Shown here one piece after another: positions 1-8,731 of a stretch of DNA of 64,000 bases. Position 1 is the stretch's first letter, and each line of letters begins with the position of its first letter. The notes below the pieces were generated by a model. The model had not been told where the DNA came from. It did not search any database and saw only the letters and a list, made by a program, of their open reading frames with translations. Origin of the DNA: an uncultured Desulfobacter sp. (GTDB taxonomy: Bacteria > Desulfobacterota > Desulfobacteria > Desulfobacterales > Desulfobacteraceae); the NCBI GenBank assembly GCA_963665095.1, contig OY762069.1:4192001-4256000 (forward strand). The letters run 5' to 3'. Both the position numbers and the translations under genes were made by a program.

Positions 1-1085
1 AGATCCTGAGGGACCCCAGCTCCATCATCCTGGCACTGATCATGCCCATGGTACTGCTGGTAATTTTTGGCTACGGCGTAAGCCTGGATGCGGAACATGT
101 TCCCGTGGTGCTGGTCAATGACGATAAAGGCCCCATGTCCCGGGAACTTGAGGCGCGGTTTGCCAACTCCGCCAACTTCCAGGTACGTACCGCTGAAAGC
201 ATGGCGCAGGCCAGAGAGCTGATTCTGGCCCGAAAAGCCGAAGGCATTATCCATCTGCAGAACAACTTTACCGCCATTCTTGAAGGGGCAGGTTCCGGCG
301 CGGGTTCCGGCGCTCCTGTTCAGCTCATCATCAACGGTACTGACGCCAACCGTGCCCGCCTCATTGAAGGCTATTTGAAAACCATCGGGGCCAAATGGAC
401 GGCCCTGCGTGCCGCCCGGGGAGAAACCGCCATGGTCCCGCAGGTTTCCATCTCCCAGCGCATCTGGTTCAACGAAGCTGCCATCAGCCGCTATTTTCTG
501 ATCCCGGGCCTGATTACTTTAATCATGACACTCATCGGCATTCTTCTCACGGCGCTGGTCATTGCCCGGGAATGGGAGCGGGGCACCATGGAGGCCATGC
601 TGGTGACGCCCTTGAGAAAAGTGGATATCCTTCTTGGAAAAATCCTGCCCTATTACTTTCTGGGCATGTTCGGCATGGGCATGTCCGTGGTGGTGGGAAC
701 CACCCTTTTCGGTGTCCCCTTCAGGGGTTCTGTGGGCACCCTTGTGGCGTTAAGCTCTCTTTTCATGCTCACCTGTCTTGGACTGGGGCTGTTTCTCTCC
801 GCTGCCATCCGGGTTCAGTTTGTGGCGGCCCAGGTCTCCATAGTGGCAGGATTCCTGCCGGCCTTTTTCTTTTCCGGCCTGATCTTTGACCTGGAATCCA
901 CCCCTAAATTTATCCAGATCATCAGCTATATTTTCCCGGCCCGGTATTTTGTCACCATCGGACACACCCTGTTTGCCGCCGGAGATGTCTGGCTGGTGCT
1001 GCTGCCCAATGCCCTGGTGCTGGCATTCATGGCCCTGCTTTTCCTGGGACTCGCGTTCCGTAATATTTCAAAAAGGCTGGAGTAA
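1..1085 (+). CDS. ABC-2 type transporter permease (YbhS-like), 5' end lies outside the window
   Basis: Frame is open from the window edge. Contains IAREWERGTMEAMLVTP motif, a DGxDAN-like motif and multiple TM segments. Confidence 0.9.
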   Translation, partial: ILRDPSSIILALIMPMVLLVIFGYGVSLDAEHVPVVLVNDDKGPMSRELEARFANSANFQVRTAESMAQARELILARKAEGIIHLQNNFTAILEGAGSGAGSGAPVQLIINGTDANRARLIEGYLKTIGAKWTALRAARGETAMVPQVSISQRIWFNEAAISRYFLIPGLITLIMTLIGILLTALVIAREWERGTMEAMLVTPLRKVDILLGKILPYYFLGMFGMGMSVVVGTTLFGVPFRGSVGTLVALSSLFMLTCLGLGLFLSAAIRVQFVAAQVSIVAGFLPAFFFSGLIFDLESTPKFIQIISYIFPARYFVTIGHTLFAAGDVWLVLLPNALVLAFMALLFLGLAFRNISKRLE

Positions 1086-1087
1086 CC

Positions 1088-2209
1088 ATGCAGACTTTAA
1101 GACGCCTGATGGCTTTGGTATTAAAAGAGTTCCTCACCATCATGAAAGACCCCAAAAGCCGATTTGTGGTCATCGGGCCGCCCATTATCCAGTTTTTTGC
1201 CTTCAGCTATGCCGCCACCTTTGACCTGGAAAATGTGCGATATGCCGTGTTTGACGAATGCCGGTCGGTTCTTTCCCGGGCCTATCTGGCTGATGTGGAG
1301 GGTACCGGCCGCTTCCGCCTCACAGGGTACTTTAAAGATGCCAGAGAGGTAAAAGAGGCCATTGACAATGAAAAAGCCCGGCTGGTCATCCATATCGGCC
1401 CGGAATTTGAAGAACATCTGCGGTCCGGACGCCCCGTGGAGATCCAGGTCATTGCTGACGGTAAAAGCCCCAATGTGGCCATGATTGCTCTTGGGTATCT
1501 GGGTACAATTACGGAGAATTTCAATAAAACCCTTGCACAGCAGGGCATCTCCCCGGGAAACGGTCCAGCCCTGGCACTGGTGGAACGGGCCTGGTTCAAT
1601 GAGAATTTAAGCAGCCGGTGGTTTATTGTATCGGCCCTGGGTGGTGTCATATGTACGGTGGTGGTGATGATTCTGACAAGCCTGTCCGTTGCCAGGGAAC
1701 GGGAATTCGGCACCTTTGACCAGCTGCTGGTGGCCCCCTTCAGCCCGGTGGAGATCCTGGTAGGGAAATCCATGCCCGGCATTGTTTTCGGGATGCTGGA
1801 CGCCCTTATTTTTGCCGGCGGGGCCGTGTTATGGTTTCATATTCCTTTCCGGGGAACCATGGGGGCTCTGGTAATAACCCTGCTGTGCTTCATTATCACC
1901 ATCGTGGGGGTGGGGCTTTTGGTATCCTCTTTGTCCACCACCATGCAGCAGGGGCTTTTAGGCGCGTTTCTCTTCCTGATGCCGGCCATTACCCTGTCAG
2001 GGCTTGCCACGCCTGTGGAGAATATGCCTGTATGGCTCCAGCAGGCAGACATGCTTAATCCGGTGCGCCACATCATCACAGCCCTTCGCAGAATTTTTCT
2101 GGAAGGGGCGGATCTTGCCACGGTCTGGCCCCAGATCTGGCCGCTGCTGATCATGGCCTGCGTTACCCTGCCGCTGGCCGCCTGGATGTTCAGGCGCCGA
2201 TCAGTGTGA
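1088..2209 (+). CDS. ABC-2 type transporter permease (YbhR-like)
   Basis: KEFLTIMKDP N-terminus and SVAREREFGTFDQLLVAP motif. Starts 2 nt after the previous gene. Confidence 0.9.
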   Translation: MQTLRRLMALVLKEFLTIMKDPKSRFVVIGPPIIQFFAFSYAATFDLENVRYAVFDECRSVLSRAYLADVEGTGRFRLTGYFKDAREVKEAIDNEKARLVIHIGPEFEEHLRSGRPVEIQVIADGKSPNVAMIALGYLGTITENFNKTLAQQGISPGNGPALALVERAWFNENLSSRWFIVSALGGVICTVVVMILTSLSVAREREFGTFDQLLVAPFSPVEILVGKSMPGIVFGMLDALIFAGGAVLWFHIPFRGTMGALVITLLCFIITIVGVGLLVSSLSTTMQQGLLGAFLFLMPAITLSGLATPVENMPVWLQQADMLNPVRHIITALRRIFLEGADLATVWPQIWPLLIMACVTLPLAAWMFRRRSV

Positions 2210-2221
2210 TCCCTGGCCTGT

Positions 2222-2442
2222 TTAAAACTCGCGATTGTTAAAATTCTTTTCGCATCGAAAGTACCGGCTCAAGTTGGTTCTGGGGTTCACGGCGGTCTGG
2301 AATTCGTTACACAAAGGACACAGAAAACGGAAAACCCCTTCACTTCTCTTGGCGGGGATACCCAGTTGGATTTCAATCAACACATGAACGGGGATTGCAT
2401 TTCGTAATCTATAAAGCCCTTTTAGGAAAATAACTTGCCCAT
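2222..2442 (-). pseudogene. Degraded CHC2/primase-type zinc-finger small protein
   Basis: RBS and ATG at 2442 read MGKLFS-stop. A shifted frame continues LYRLRNAIP...FRFLCPLCNEFQTAVNPRTNLSRYFRCEKNFN. The second CxxC reads YxxC and the 3' end is truncated. Confidence 0.6.
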
Positions 2443-2702
2443 GTTGACCCCCCTTCTTTTTGGTCTTTTTTTTCAGAATTTTTGGTGCCACTCCTGAACA
2501 CGGGCAACATTCTCAGGCCCTGATTTTATATTATTTTAAATTGTATGTACTTTATTGGCCGGAGGTGCGGAAAATACAATGAACATGGTCTTTGGTCTGA
2601 TTTGACTGGAAGGGTAATATTCAAGGCTTAAATTTATCCGGCAGGAAAATTAACGAGGTGATTTTATATGTACAAAAGTCTGGTCCGGATTAAACAAGTC
2701 GA

Positions 2703-2746
2703 ATAAAAGAAACATGCCGATGATTCCTTTTTGAATCATCGGCATG
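2703..2746 (-). terminator. Rho-independent terminator of the PEP-CTERM gene
   Basis: Perfect 14-bp stem CATGCCGATGATTC (2713-2726) / GAATCATCGGCATG (2733-2746). The A-rich left flank gives a U-tract on the minus strand. Confidence 0.8.
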
Positions 2747-2768
2747 ACTTATTTTCACACACAAATTT

Positions 2769-3389
2769 TTAGCTTGCGGTGTTGTTCATGTATCTTTTTC
2801 TGGTGATACGGGCAAAGGTAAGCAGGCCTAATCCTGTCAGAAACAAGGTGGCAGGCTCCGGAGTGCTTAAGTCATCGAAAAACACACTGGTGATCATAAT
2901 GTTCGCATCCAGGCTACTGGCAGCGGAATATTGATCATTCGTCCAGGTATAACGAACCGTATAGGTACCTGCGGTCAAAATTTCAGCTGTAAAATAGCTT
3001 GCGAACTCCTCCTCATCACTGGCAGTGACATATATGGTTGTGGAGAGATCATCACCAAAATCACTTGTAATGTTGAAAACCGCATACCAGTCTTCCCCAA
3101 GATTACCATTGTTAATGGCATTTAACCCGATATTCCAGGTTCCTTCCGTCAGGTCTGCGGTGTATTCAACCCACTGGTTTGCCCAGGCTGTCCAGATGGA
3201 GGTTTCACTAATATACCAACCGTTCTCACTGCTTGGCTTTTCATTTGAAATGCCTGAATACTCATTCCCCAAACGAGTGATATCATCTGTTGTATATGCA
3301 CTTGCCATTGCTGAAGTTGAGATGCACAGAGCTAAGAGAAAGCCTGCAATCAAAGAGAGTCTGAAGTTCATTTCTATCTTCCTTTTCAT
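2769..3389 (-). CDS. PEP-CTERM sorting-domain secreted protein
   Basis: Signal peptide ending ..AMA. C-terminal TPEPATLFLTGLGLL followed by a basic tail (RITRKR). Acidic, S/T-rich body. Confidence 0.9.
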   Translation of the reverse strand: MKRKIEMNFRLSLIAGFLLALCISTSAMASAYTTDDITRLGNEYSGISNEKPSSENGWYISETSIWTAWANQWVEYTADLTEGTWNIGLNAINNGNLGEDWYAVFNITSDFGDDLSTTIYVTASDEEEFASYFTAEILTAGTYTVRYTWTNDQYSAASSLDANIMITSVFFDDLSTPEPATLFLTGLGLLTFARITRKRYMNNTAS

Positions 3390-3483
3390 TCTTTTTCAAA
3401 TATGTGTTCTGCTTTCTACTGTCCTGGAGTCACTTGAACGGTTACTTTTTTTTGTATCTCTTCGTTCTTGATAAGACCTACTA

Positions 3484-3500
3484 TGCATCATCTATGCCAA
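3484..3500 (-). promoter_or_regulatory. Putative sigma54 (-24/-12) promoter of the PEP-CTERM gene
   Basis: Minus strand reads TTGGCATAGATGATGCA, giving GG-N10-GC spacing, about 95 nt upstream of the ATG. Confidence 0.6.
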
Positions 3501-3748
3501 GACCTACACATAGTTTATCAAGCAACACTATACATTAATTTATAGTTTATTATTGGGTAGTTATGCATAGCTACAAAATTTGTAGGTTGTCATATATATT
3601 CTCTTTAAGTATATTCTCCAAAGATTTTACTTTGACAAACCACCTCCAAGATGTGAACAGATATGAACTTGCTTTTTGCTTCCCAAAGTATAAAAAAATA
3701 TCAGAAGTTTGAAATATGCCCCCGCCCTGTCACAGGCACAAAATGTTG

Positions 3749-4191
3749 GTACGCCACGAGGGTGCAGGATACCAGCGGGTGAAAGTTCCGCCCGGGAAAT
3801 TATCCGTTCATCCCGGTAGCGACCCAGACAGTGGGATAGTCAGGCCTTCCTGCTGAAGCTCTGGGGACAGATGTAAGCCTACAGGGCTTCAGCGACCTGG
3901 CAGGCCGCAACGTGAGTGAACCTTGAGCAGGCCTCGAAAGGACAGTCGTGGATGCCGACCCGCCCAATATTCGGGGAAGGCCGAAGCGGAACAGGGATGT
4001 AACTGATCCACTCGAGTCGATCCACCATGGAAATGAGGGCAGCATGTAAGGAAGGTATCCTGGGTAACGTGGACGTGTGCCTTAAGGTGAAGTCAGTCGG
4101 AAAGCCGGATGCGGTAGCTCCGCACGTCCGGTTTGATGAGCAGGGACAGGAAACGGAACGGACTTGTCACCGAGCTTGCCCTTGACCTCTC
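3749..4191 (+). mobile_element. ORF-less, internally deleted group II intron (DI + end of DIV + DV + DVI)
   Basis: 5' end GTACG (variant of GUGCG). DI closing helices CCACG/CGTGG and CAGGATACC/GGTATCCTG. DV AAGCCGGATGCGG..CCGCACGTCCGGTTT at 4102-4134 with the AGC triad. Degenerate DVI. EBS1 CAATAT pairs with flank ATGTTG. Confidence 0.88.
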
Positions 4192-4260
4192 TGAATAAAA
4201 ACAGGAGCCGTTGAACGTGATGAACTGCATTGTTCCGGCTGGAATCGTTAAGGAGAAAGA

Positions 4261-4368
4261 ATGGCTGAAAAAATTCTTCGGGTAGCACTTATCGGATGCG
4301 GCAGGCTTGCTGTCAAACATATCAAGACCACAACCAAGTGGTCTTTCCCTTTTTTTAAAAATCTTTAG
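4261..4368 (+). pseudogene. Truncated duplicate of the 5' end of the Gfo/Idh/MocA gene at 6485
   Basis: Reads MAEKILRVALIGCGRLAVKHIKTTTK versus MAEKILRAALIGCGRIAVKHIKAITK. The RBS region is also similar. It then diverges and stops. Confidence 0.85.
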
Positions 4369-4482
4369 ATTGCCTTACCCGGGCAGACTAAGTCAGATGC
4401 CGCCCATTTACCTGGACAGGCATAAATGGGCGGAACCGTATTTATGAAACCGCATCGGATCCTGCCGGAGCTGCCTCAGTCC

Positions 4483-5637
4483 TTAAACGGCAAATCGTTG
4501 CCTGTAGTCTGAAAACCTGTTCTCTTCCTCCTCCCGGACAAGGGCGAATTCCCCAGCCGAATATGTATGGCTTCCTAAAGAGGATTTCGGATTATCCCTG
4601 AGCCAGGCCGCCATTCTAAGATCATGGCCGGGGGAAAGGGGTTGTCCGAAATACGCATAGATCGAATGGATCTCTTTGATAAAATCCGATGCCATACGTT
4701 TGAAATCCAGGTCATAAAACTGTTTCCCGGGCCATTTATTCCTGTCTTGGAGTGCGCGCATCAGAGCCTTTTGCCACAGCGGCGGAAACCATTTTCCGAT
4801 TTCTGCTTTATCCGGCTCCGTGGATGCCAGTATGGACCAGTTGTACACAAGGCTTGAGCCTGAAATCATGGCAGTGAAGGGATCCCTGTGGGTAAATATG
4901 ATTCTGGCGTCGGGATACGTCTGCATCAGGGTGTCAATGGCCATCAGGTGCATGGGGGCTTTTAACACCCAGTATTCATTGGGGCATTGCCATTGAAGCT
5001 GTTGCAGCAACAGTTTGTGGTATTGGTATCCGGGCTGCATATCGCAGGTTAACAGCCATTCTCCATATTCAGGCAGGTCAAATCCTGCGCAATATTCAAA
5101 ACTTCTGAACGCATGGGCCATCAGATTCTGACACTCTGCTGTCCCCGCGGGCATAAAGTTCAACCCGTTAATGGCCTTCAGGGCCGGGACCGCCTGCTGC
5201 AGGCCTTGCATGGTCTGATGCAGGGTGCTGATACGGGGATCTGTATCACTGTGCAGCAGCCGGGGCGGCGGACAGATGGCCATTGACGATTCCCAGTTTC
5301 GCAGAAATCTGCAGGCCGGATCCAGCGCCATTAATGTCTGCAATATGGTGGTCCCGGTTCTGGGCAGCCCCACAATAATGAAAGGGGCTGAAATCTTCTC
5401 TTCCAGAATTTCCGGATGCTGCAGAACAAGATCCTGGACCTGAAGCCGGTTTATCAGAATCTGTGAGATCTTTGCCTGCAGGTATTGCAGCGCATTTTCG
5501 TGCCAGTTCTTTTTGTTGTTGACGGCATTAACCAACGCATTCAGACCGTCATCAAAGGGGATGGGGCCAAAATCAGTCAGCCCGGTGGATTCAACGGCAA
5601 ACGCCTTTAATTGTAATGAAGAAAGCTGGTCATTCAT
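4483..5637 (-). CDS. PAPS-dependent sulfotransferase family protein
   Basis: 5'-PSB motif IVGLPRTGTT, plus WVLKAPMH and IIFTHRDP motifs. GGAGG RBS precedes the ATG at 5637. Confidence 0.9.
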   Translation of the reverse strand: MNDQLSSLQLKAFAVESTGLTDFGPIPFDDGLNALVNAVNNKKNWHENALQYLQAKISQILINRLQVQDLVLQHPEILEEKISAPFIIVGLPRTGTTILQTLMALDPACRFLRNWESSMAICPPPRLLHSDTDPRISTLHQTMQGLQQAVPALKAINGLNFMPAGTAECQNLMAHAFRSFEYCAGFDLPEYGEWLLTCDMQPGYQYHKLLLQQLQWQCPNEYWVLKAPMHLMAIDTLMQTYPDARIIFTHRDPFTAMISGSSLVYNWSILASTEPDKAEIGKWFPPLWQKALMRALQDRNKWPGKQFYDLDFKRMASDFIKEIHSIYAYFGQPLSPGHDLRMAAWLRDNPKSSLGSHTYSAGEFALVREEEENRFSDYRQRFAV

Positions 5638-5650
5638 TATCTGCCTCCTA

Positions 5651-6268
5651 TTATACGGCCAAAAGGCCGCCCATTGAAAATTGATAGATATGCCGGGCCA
5701 GCCTGTCATAAGCCGGCATGTTGGAATCATCCTGAAACAGCTGCGACACCAGAGGCCAGGAAAAACAATAGTACAGTATCTGGCCGGCGATGCTGATCAG
5801 GCAGTTACGCACGGTCTCCTCTGGTTTATCGTGGCCGATAATGTCCCGGATCATTGCCAGGTTGTTTTCCACCCTTGGACGATTATACTGATCCACAATG
5901 TCCTTTAAGAAGGGGGACGGACTTGTCATCTCCGCAACAAAGATCTTGGTCATATCCGATTCCACGGCATTGTCCCGGTAAAGGAGCTCACAATTGACAG
6001 CAATAAAATCTTTCAAACGATCTTCCGTGGACTTATGCACGTTCTCGGACGGTTTTCGCACATCATATTCCTTGAATATCAATTCCAGAATCTGCCTGTA
6101 CAACAGCTCTTTGCTGCCGAAATAGTAGTTGACGCTGTTAATATTTGAAGAGCCCGCAAGTTTGCAGATCTGCCTAACCGTGGCATCTTTGTACCCCTTG
6201 TCGGCAAAGACCCGGCCCCCTGCCATAAACAGGTTCTCTTTTGTGGTTTTCTTTTCCTCCAGCGACAT
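5651..6268 (-). CDS. TetR family regulator (CerR/DUF1956-type C-terminus)
   Basis: HTH motif FADKGYKDATVRQIC...VNYYFGSKELLY and C-terminal FSMGGL. GGAGG RBS. Confidence 0.9.
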   Translation of the reverse strand: MSLEEKKTTKENLFMAGGRVFADKGYKDATVRQICKLAGSSNINSVNYYFGSKELLYRQILELIFKEYDVRKPSENVHKSTEDRLKDFIAVNCELLYRDNAVESDMTKIFVAEMTSPSPFLKDIVDQYNRPRVENNLAMIRDIIGHDKPEETVRNCLISIAGQILYYCFSWPLVSQLFQDDSNMPAYDRLARHIYQFSMGGLLAV

Positions 6269-6311
6269 CCCAAAACCTCCCATCCGTATAAATAAGATTA
6301 CCTCGATATAT

Positions 6312-6355
6312 TTAATACCCCTGTATTAATACACCCGTATTAATACAGGGGTCAA
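6312..6355. promoter_or_regulatory. Tandem palindromic operator overlapping the TetR promoter
   Basis: Perfect 16-bp inverted repeat at 6317-6332 / 6337-6352, built from 14-bp-periodic TTAATAC-N4-GTATTAA units. TTGACC -35 on the minus strand at 6350-6355. Confidence 0.75.
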
Positions 6356-6484
6356 CATTTTCCACTCGCCTTAAATTGGAACTGACATCTTTATTTTGAG
6401 CTACTGTCTACTCATGTGATAAAAAGAACGCAGGTATACTCAAAAGCGCTGGATTGTACTTACCGGAATCATCAAGGGGAAAAA

Positions 6485-7612
6485 ATGGCAGAAAAAATTC
6501 TTCGGGCAGCACTTATCGGATGCGGCCGGATCGCGGTCAAACACATTAAGGCCATAACAAAGAAAGGCAGCGGGTTCCTGCTCTGTGCTATGGCAGACAC
6601 AGACCCAAAGGCTTTCGACAGATTGCTCGATACCTGCAGACTGTCCGGCAAAAGGAAGCATAAGTTAAAGGACACCGTCAAAGCCTATACAGATTATCAT
6701 GAGATGCTTCAACAGGAGCAACCTGATATCGCCGCCATAACTGTTCCCTCGGGGCTGCATTACGTCATCGGAAAGGCTGCATTGCTCAGCGGTGCCCATA
6801 TTCTCCTTGAAAAACCCATGAGCATGAAAATAAGTGAAGCCAGAGAGCTGGTTGCTATTTCCGAACAGGCGAACAGAGCCATTGCCATGGGCCATATCTT
6901 TCGATATTTTCCTGTTGTGGGCAATCTGCAAAAGGATGTGGCCGCCGGCCGGTTCGGTAAAATCAGCCACGGATCGGTCATTGTACGCTGGGGACATGAC
7001 CAGGCCTATTACGACGAAACCGCCTGGCGCGGCACATGGAAAGGCGACGGCGGCGTGCTGATGAACCAGTCCGTTCACGCCATTGATCTTCTCTGCTGGC
7101 TCATGAACGGCCGCGCAACTGCGGCAAATGCCATGATAGCCAGACGGTCCCATGACATAGAGGCGGAAGATATTGCCCTGGGAACCCTCAAACTTGACAC
7201 CGGAGCGCTATGCCAGATTGAAGGGACAACCAATTCACCTGCCAACGATCATGAGGCGGCTTTTTACCTGCTTGGAGACAAAGGCAGTTTCCGGATCGGT
7301 ATCCGCAGAGGCAGGCCATATTTTGATATCAGAATTAACGGTAAAAAGAAAAACTTTGAATACTTTTTGAAAGAGATCCGGGCAAAAGGTCTTCTGGGGC
7401 TTCTTTCTCTGGCAAATCCCCATGCCGGTATATATGCCGACTTAAAATACGCCATTCTCAGCGGGAGAGCGCCCATTGCCGATGCAAAATCAGGGATGAT
7501 GTCTGTTGAGTCTGTTCTGGCTTTATATCTGTCGGCAAAGGAAAAGAGGCAGATAGAGATCCCTTTGGCAAAGGATTTCTCATCCCGGGAGATGTCGGAA
7601 TATATTTTCTGA
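6485..7612 (+). CDS. Gfo/Idh/MocA family oxidoreductase (WbpB-like sugar dehydrogenase)
   Basis: GCGRIA Rossmann motif, EKP motif and WRGTWKGDGGVLMNQSVH. Confidence 0.9.
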   Translation: MAEKILRAALIGCGRIAVKHIKAITKKGSGFLLCAMADTDPKAFDRLLDTCRLSGKRKHKLKDTVKAYTDYHEMLQQEQPDIAAITVPSGLHYVIGKAALLSGAHILLEKPMSMKISEARELVAISEQANRAIAMGHIFRYFPVVGNLQKDVAAGRFGKISHGSVIVRWGHDQAYYDETAWRGTWKGDGGVLMNQSVHAIDLLCWLMNGRATAANAMIARRSHDIEAEDIALGTLKLDTGALCQIEGTTNSPANDHEAAFYLLGDKGSFRIGIRRGRPYFDIRINGKKKNFEYFLKEIRAKGLLGLLSLANPHAGIYADLKYAILSGRAPIADAKSGMMSVESVLALYLSAKEKRQIEIPLAKDFSSREMSEYIF

Positions 7613-7672
7613 GAACGAACGACTTAAGAACCGTCTTTCTCCAATAAATGGGATCTGCCATTATACCGGAAA

Positions 7673-8545
7673 TTAAAGGTCGGGGAAGGGGTGGACACTG
7701 AAATCAGCCAAAGGCGCCTGGCCCGCCCACTGGGGCAGTCTCTCCCCGGGCCCTTCAATTTTCACCAGCGGGGGCACCCGATCTGCAAGGCCATTAATTT
7801 TGGCCCACAATGTGGTGTCCCCCCAATATTGCGGCGGGGTTTCAGCCAGGGCCACAGACTTGAATATTTTATCCGGTGTCCTGCAGCCGGCGCGGATCGC
7901 TTCAAGGGCCAGACGTTCCAGCCGGCCTAAACCGGTTGCATCGGGCTGCTCTGCAAGTAACCGCGCAGCTGCCGCAGGAATCCAGGGCAAAGATGGCGTA
8001 TCCGTCTTAGACAGGTCCGTCAGCAGCGCAATGTCACAGGTTGCAAATGCTTTGTCTGCAAGGGCTGCAAATTTGAATTGTTCGTCTGAAACAGGGCGCC
8101 TGCTGTCATAGAGAGAAGCAAGCTGCTCCGGTGATAACTGCCCGAGCCCGTGGAATGGTTCGATTCCGGGAAAGGCATCCACACAGAGAAGTTCCACATT
8201 CCGGATATCTTTGCAGGACAAGCATGTAAGAATATGGACAAGCATGGACTGGTCAAAAAGGCAGGCATCAAACCACAGGACAAGATGCTCGTAAGATGCG
8301 GCATTGGCCAGGTGACGGTACTGGTCATGAAATGTCTTCAAAATATAGTCCCTGGACAACCCACCTGCCGTAGTGGCTTCCAGAAAAAGCGCCCGGGCGC
8401 TTAAAATTGCTTCATCCGGCCATCCCGGCTGCCTGGGGCCGTCATAAAGGATGTCATGCCAGACAAACACCTCTCCTGAAAGCCCTGCCCTTGTCAGACT
8501 TTTTCCGGCAATATCTCCGCTTGTGATATGACATACCTTGCCCAT
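7673..8545 (-). CDS. DUF1835-like protein
   Basis: HITSGD, WHDILYDGP, LWFDACLFDQ and GLGQLSPEQL motifs. Confidence 0.7.
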   Translation of the reverse strand: MGKVCHITSGDIAGKSLTRAGLSGEVFVWHDILYDGPRQPGWPDEAILSARALFLEATTAGGLSRDYILKTFHDQYRHLANAASYEHLVLWFDACLFDQSMLVHILTCLSCKDIRNVELLCVDAFPGIEPFHGLGQLSPEQLASLYDSRRPVSDEQFKFAALADKAFATCDIALLTDLSKTDTPSLPWIPAAAARLLAEQPDATGLGRLERLALEAIRAGCRTPDKIFKSVALAETPPQYWGDTTLWAKINGLADRVPPLVKIEGPGERLPQWAGQAPLADFSVHPFPDL

Positions 8546-8731
8546 GGTGATACTCCCCTCTTCTTTTCTTTATTGTATTATCCATTTCCCGGAGGTAAAC
8601 ACAACGACATTTATACTCCTGTTCGACAGTTGCAGGTTCATTTTTTCGAAATTTTGTCAGGATTTTCAAACTTGCCGCTGATGCTGTATTTGGACAACAT
8701 ATAGGTTGAGGCTCAGAAGTGGTCTTTTCCA

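Noticed and set aside
285..314. 12-bp in-frame tandem duplication (GAGSGAGSGA) in the ABC permease
   Set aside because: Only two units in a flexible loop, consistent with ordinary slippage.
3800..4320. Short ORFs at 3800-4045, 4082-4288 and 4093-4320, and the similar ones at 54362-54794
   Set aside because: Antisense translations of intron RNA or of the duplicated gene start; their similarity comes from the repeat.
4400..4433. 11-bp hairpin downstream of the sulfotransferase
   Set aside because: No U-tract in the required orientation, so it cannot be called a terminator with confidence.
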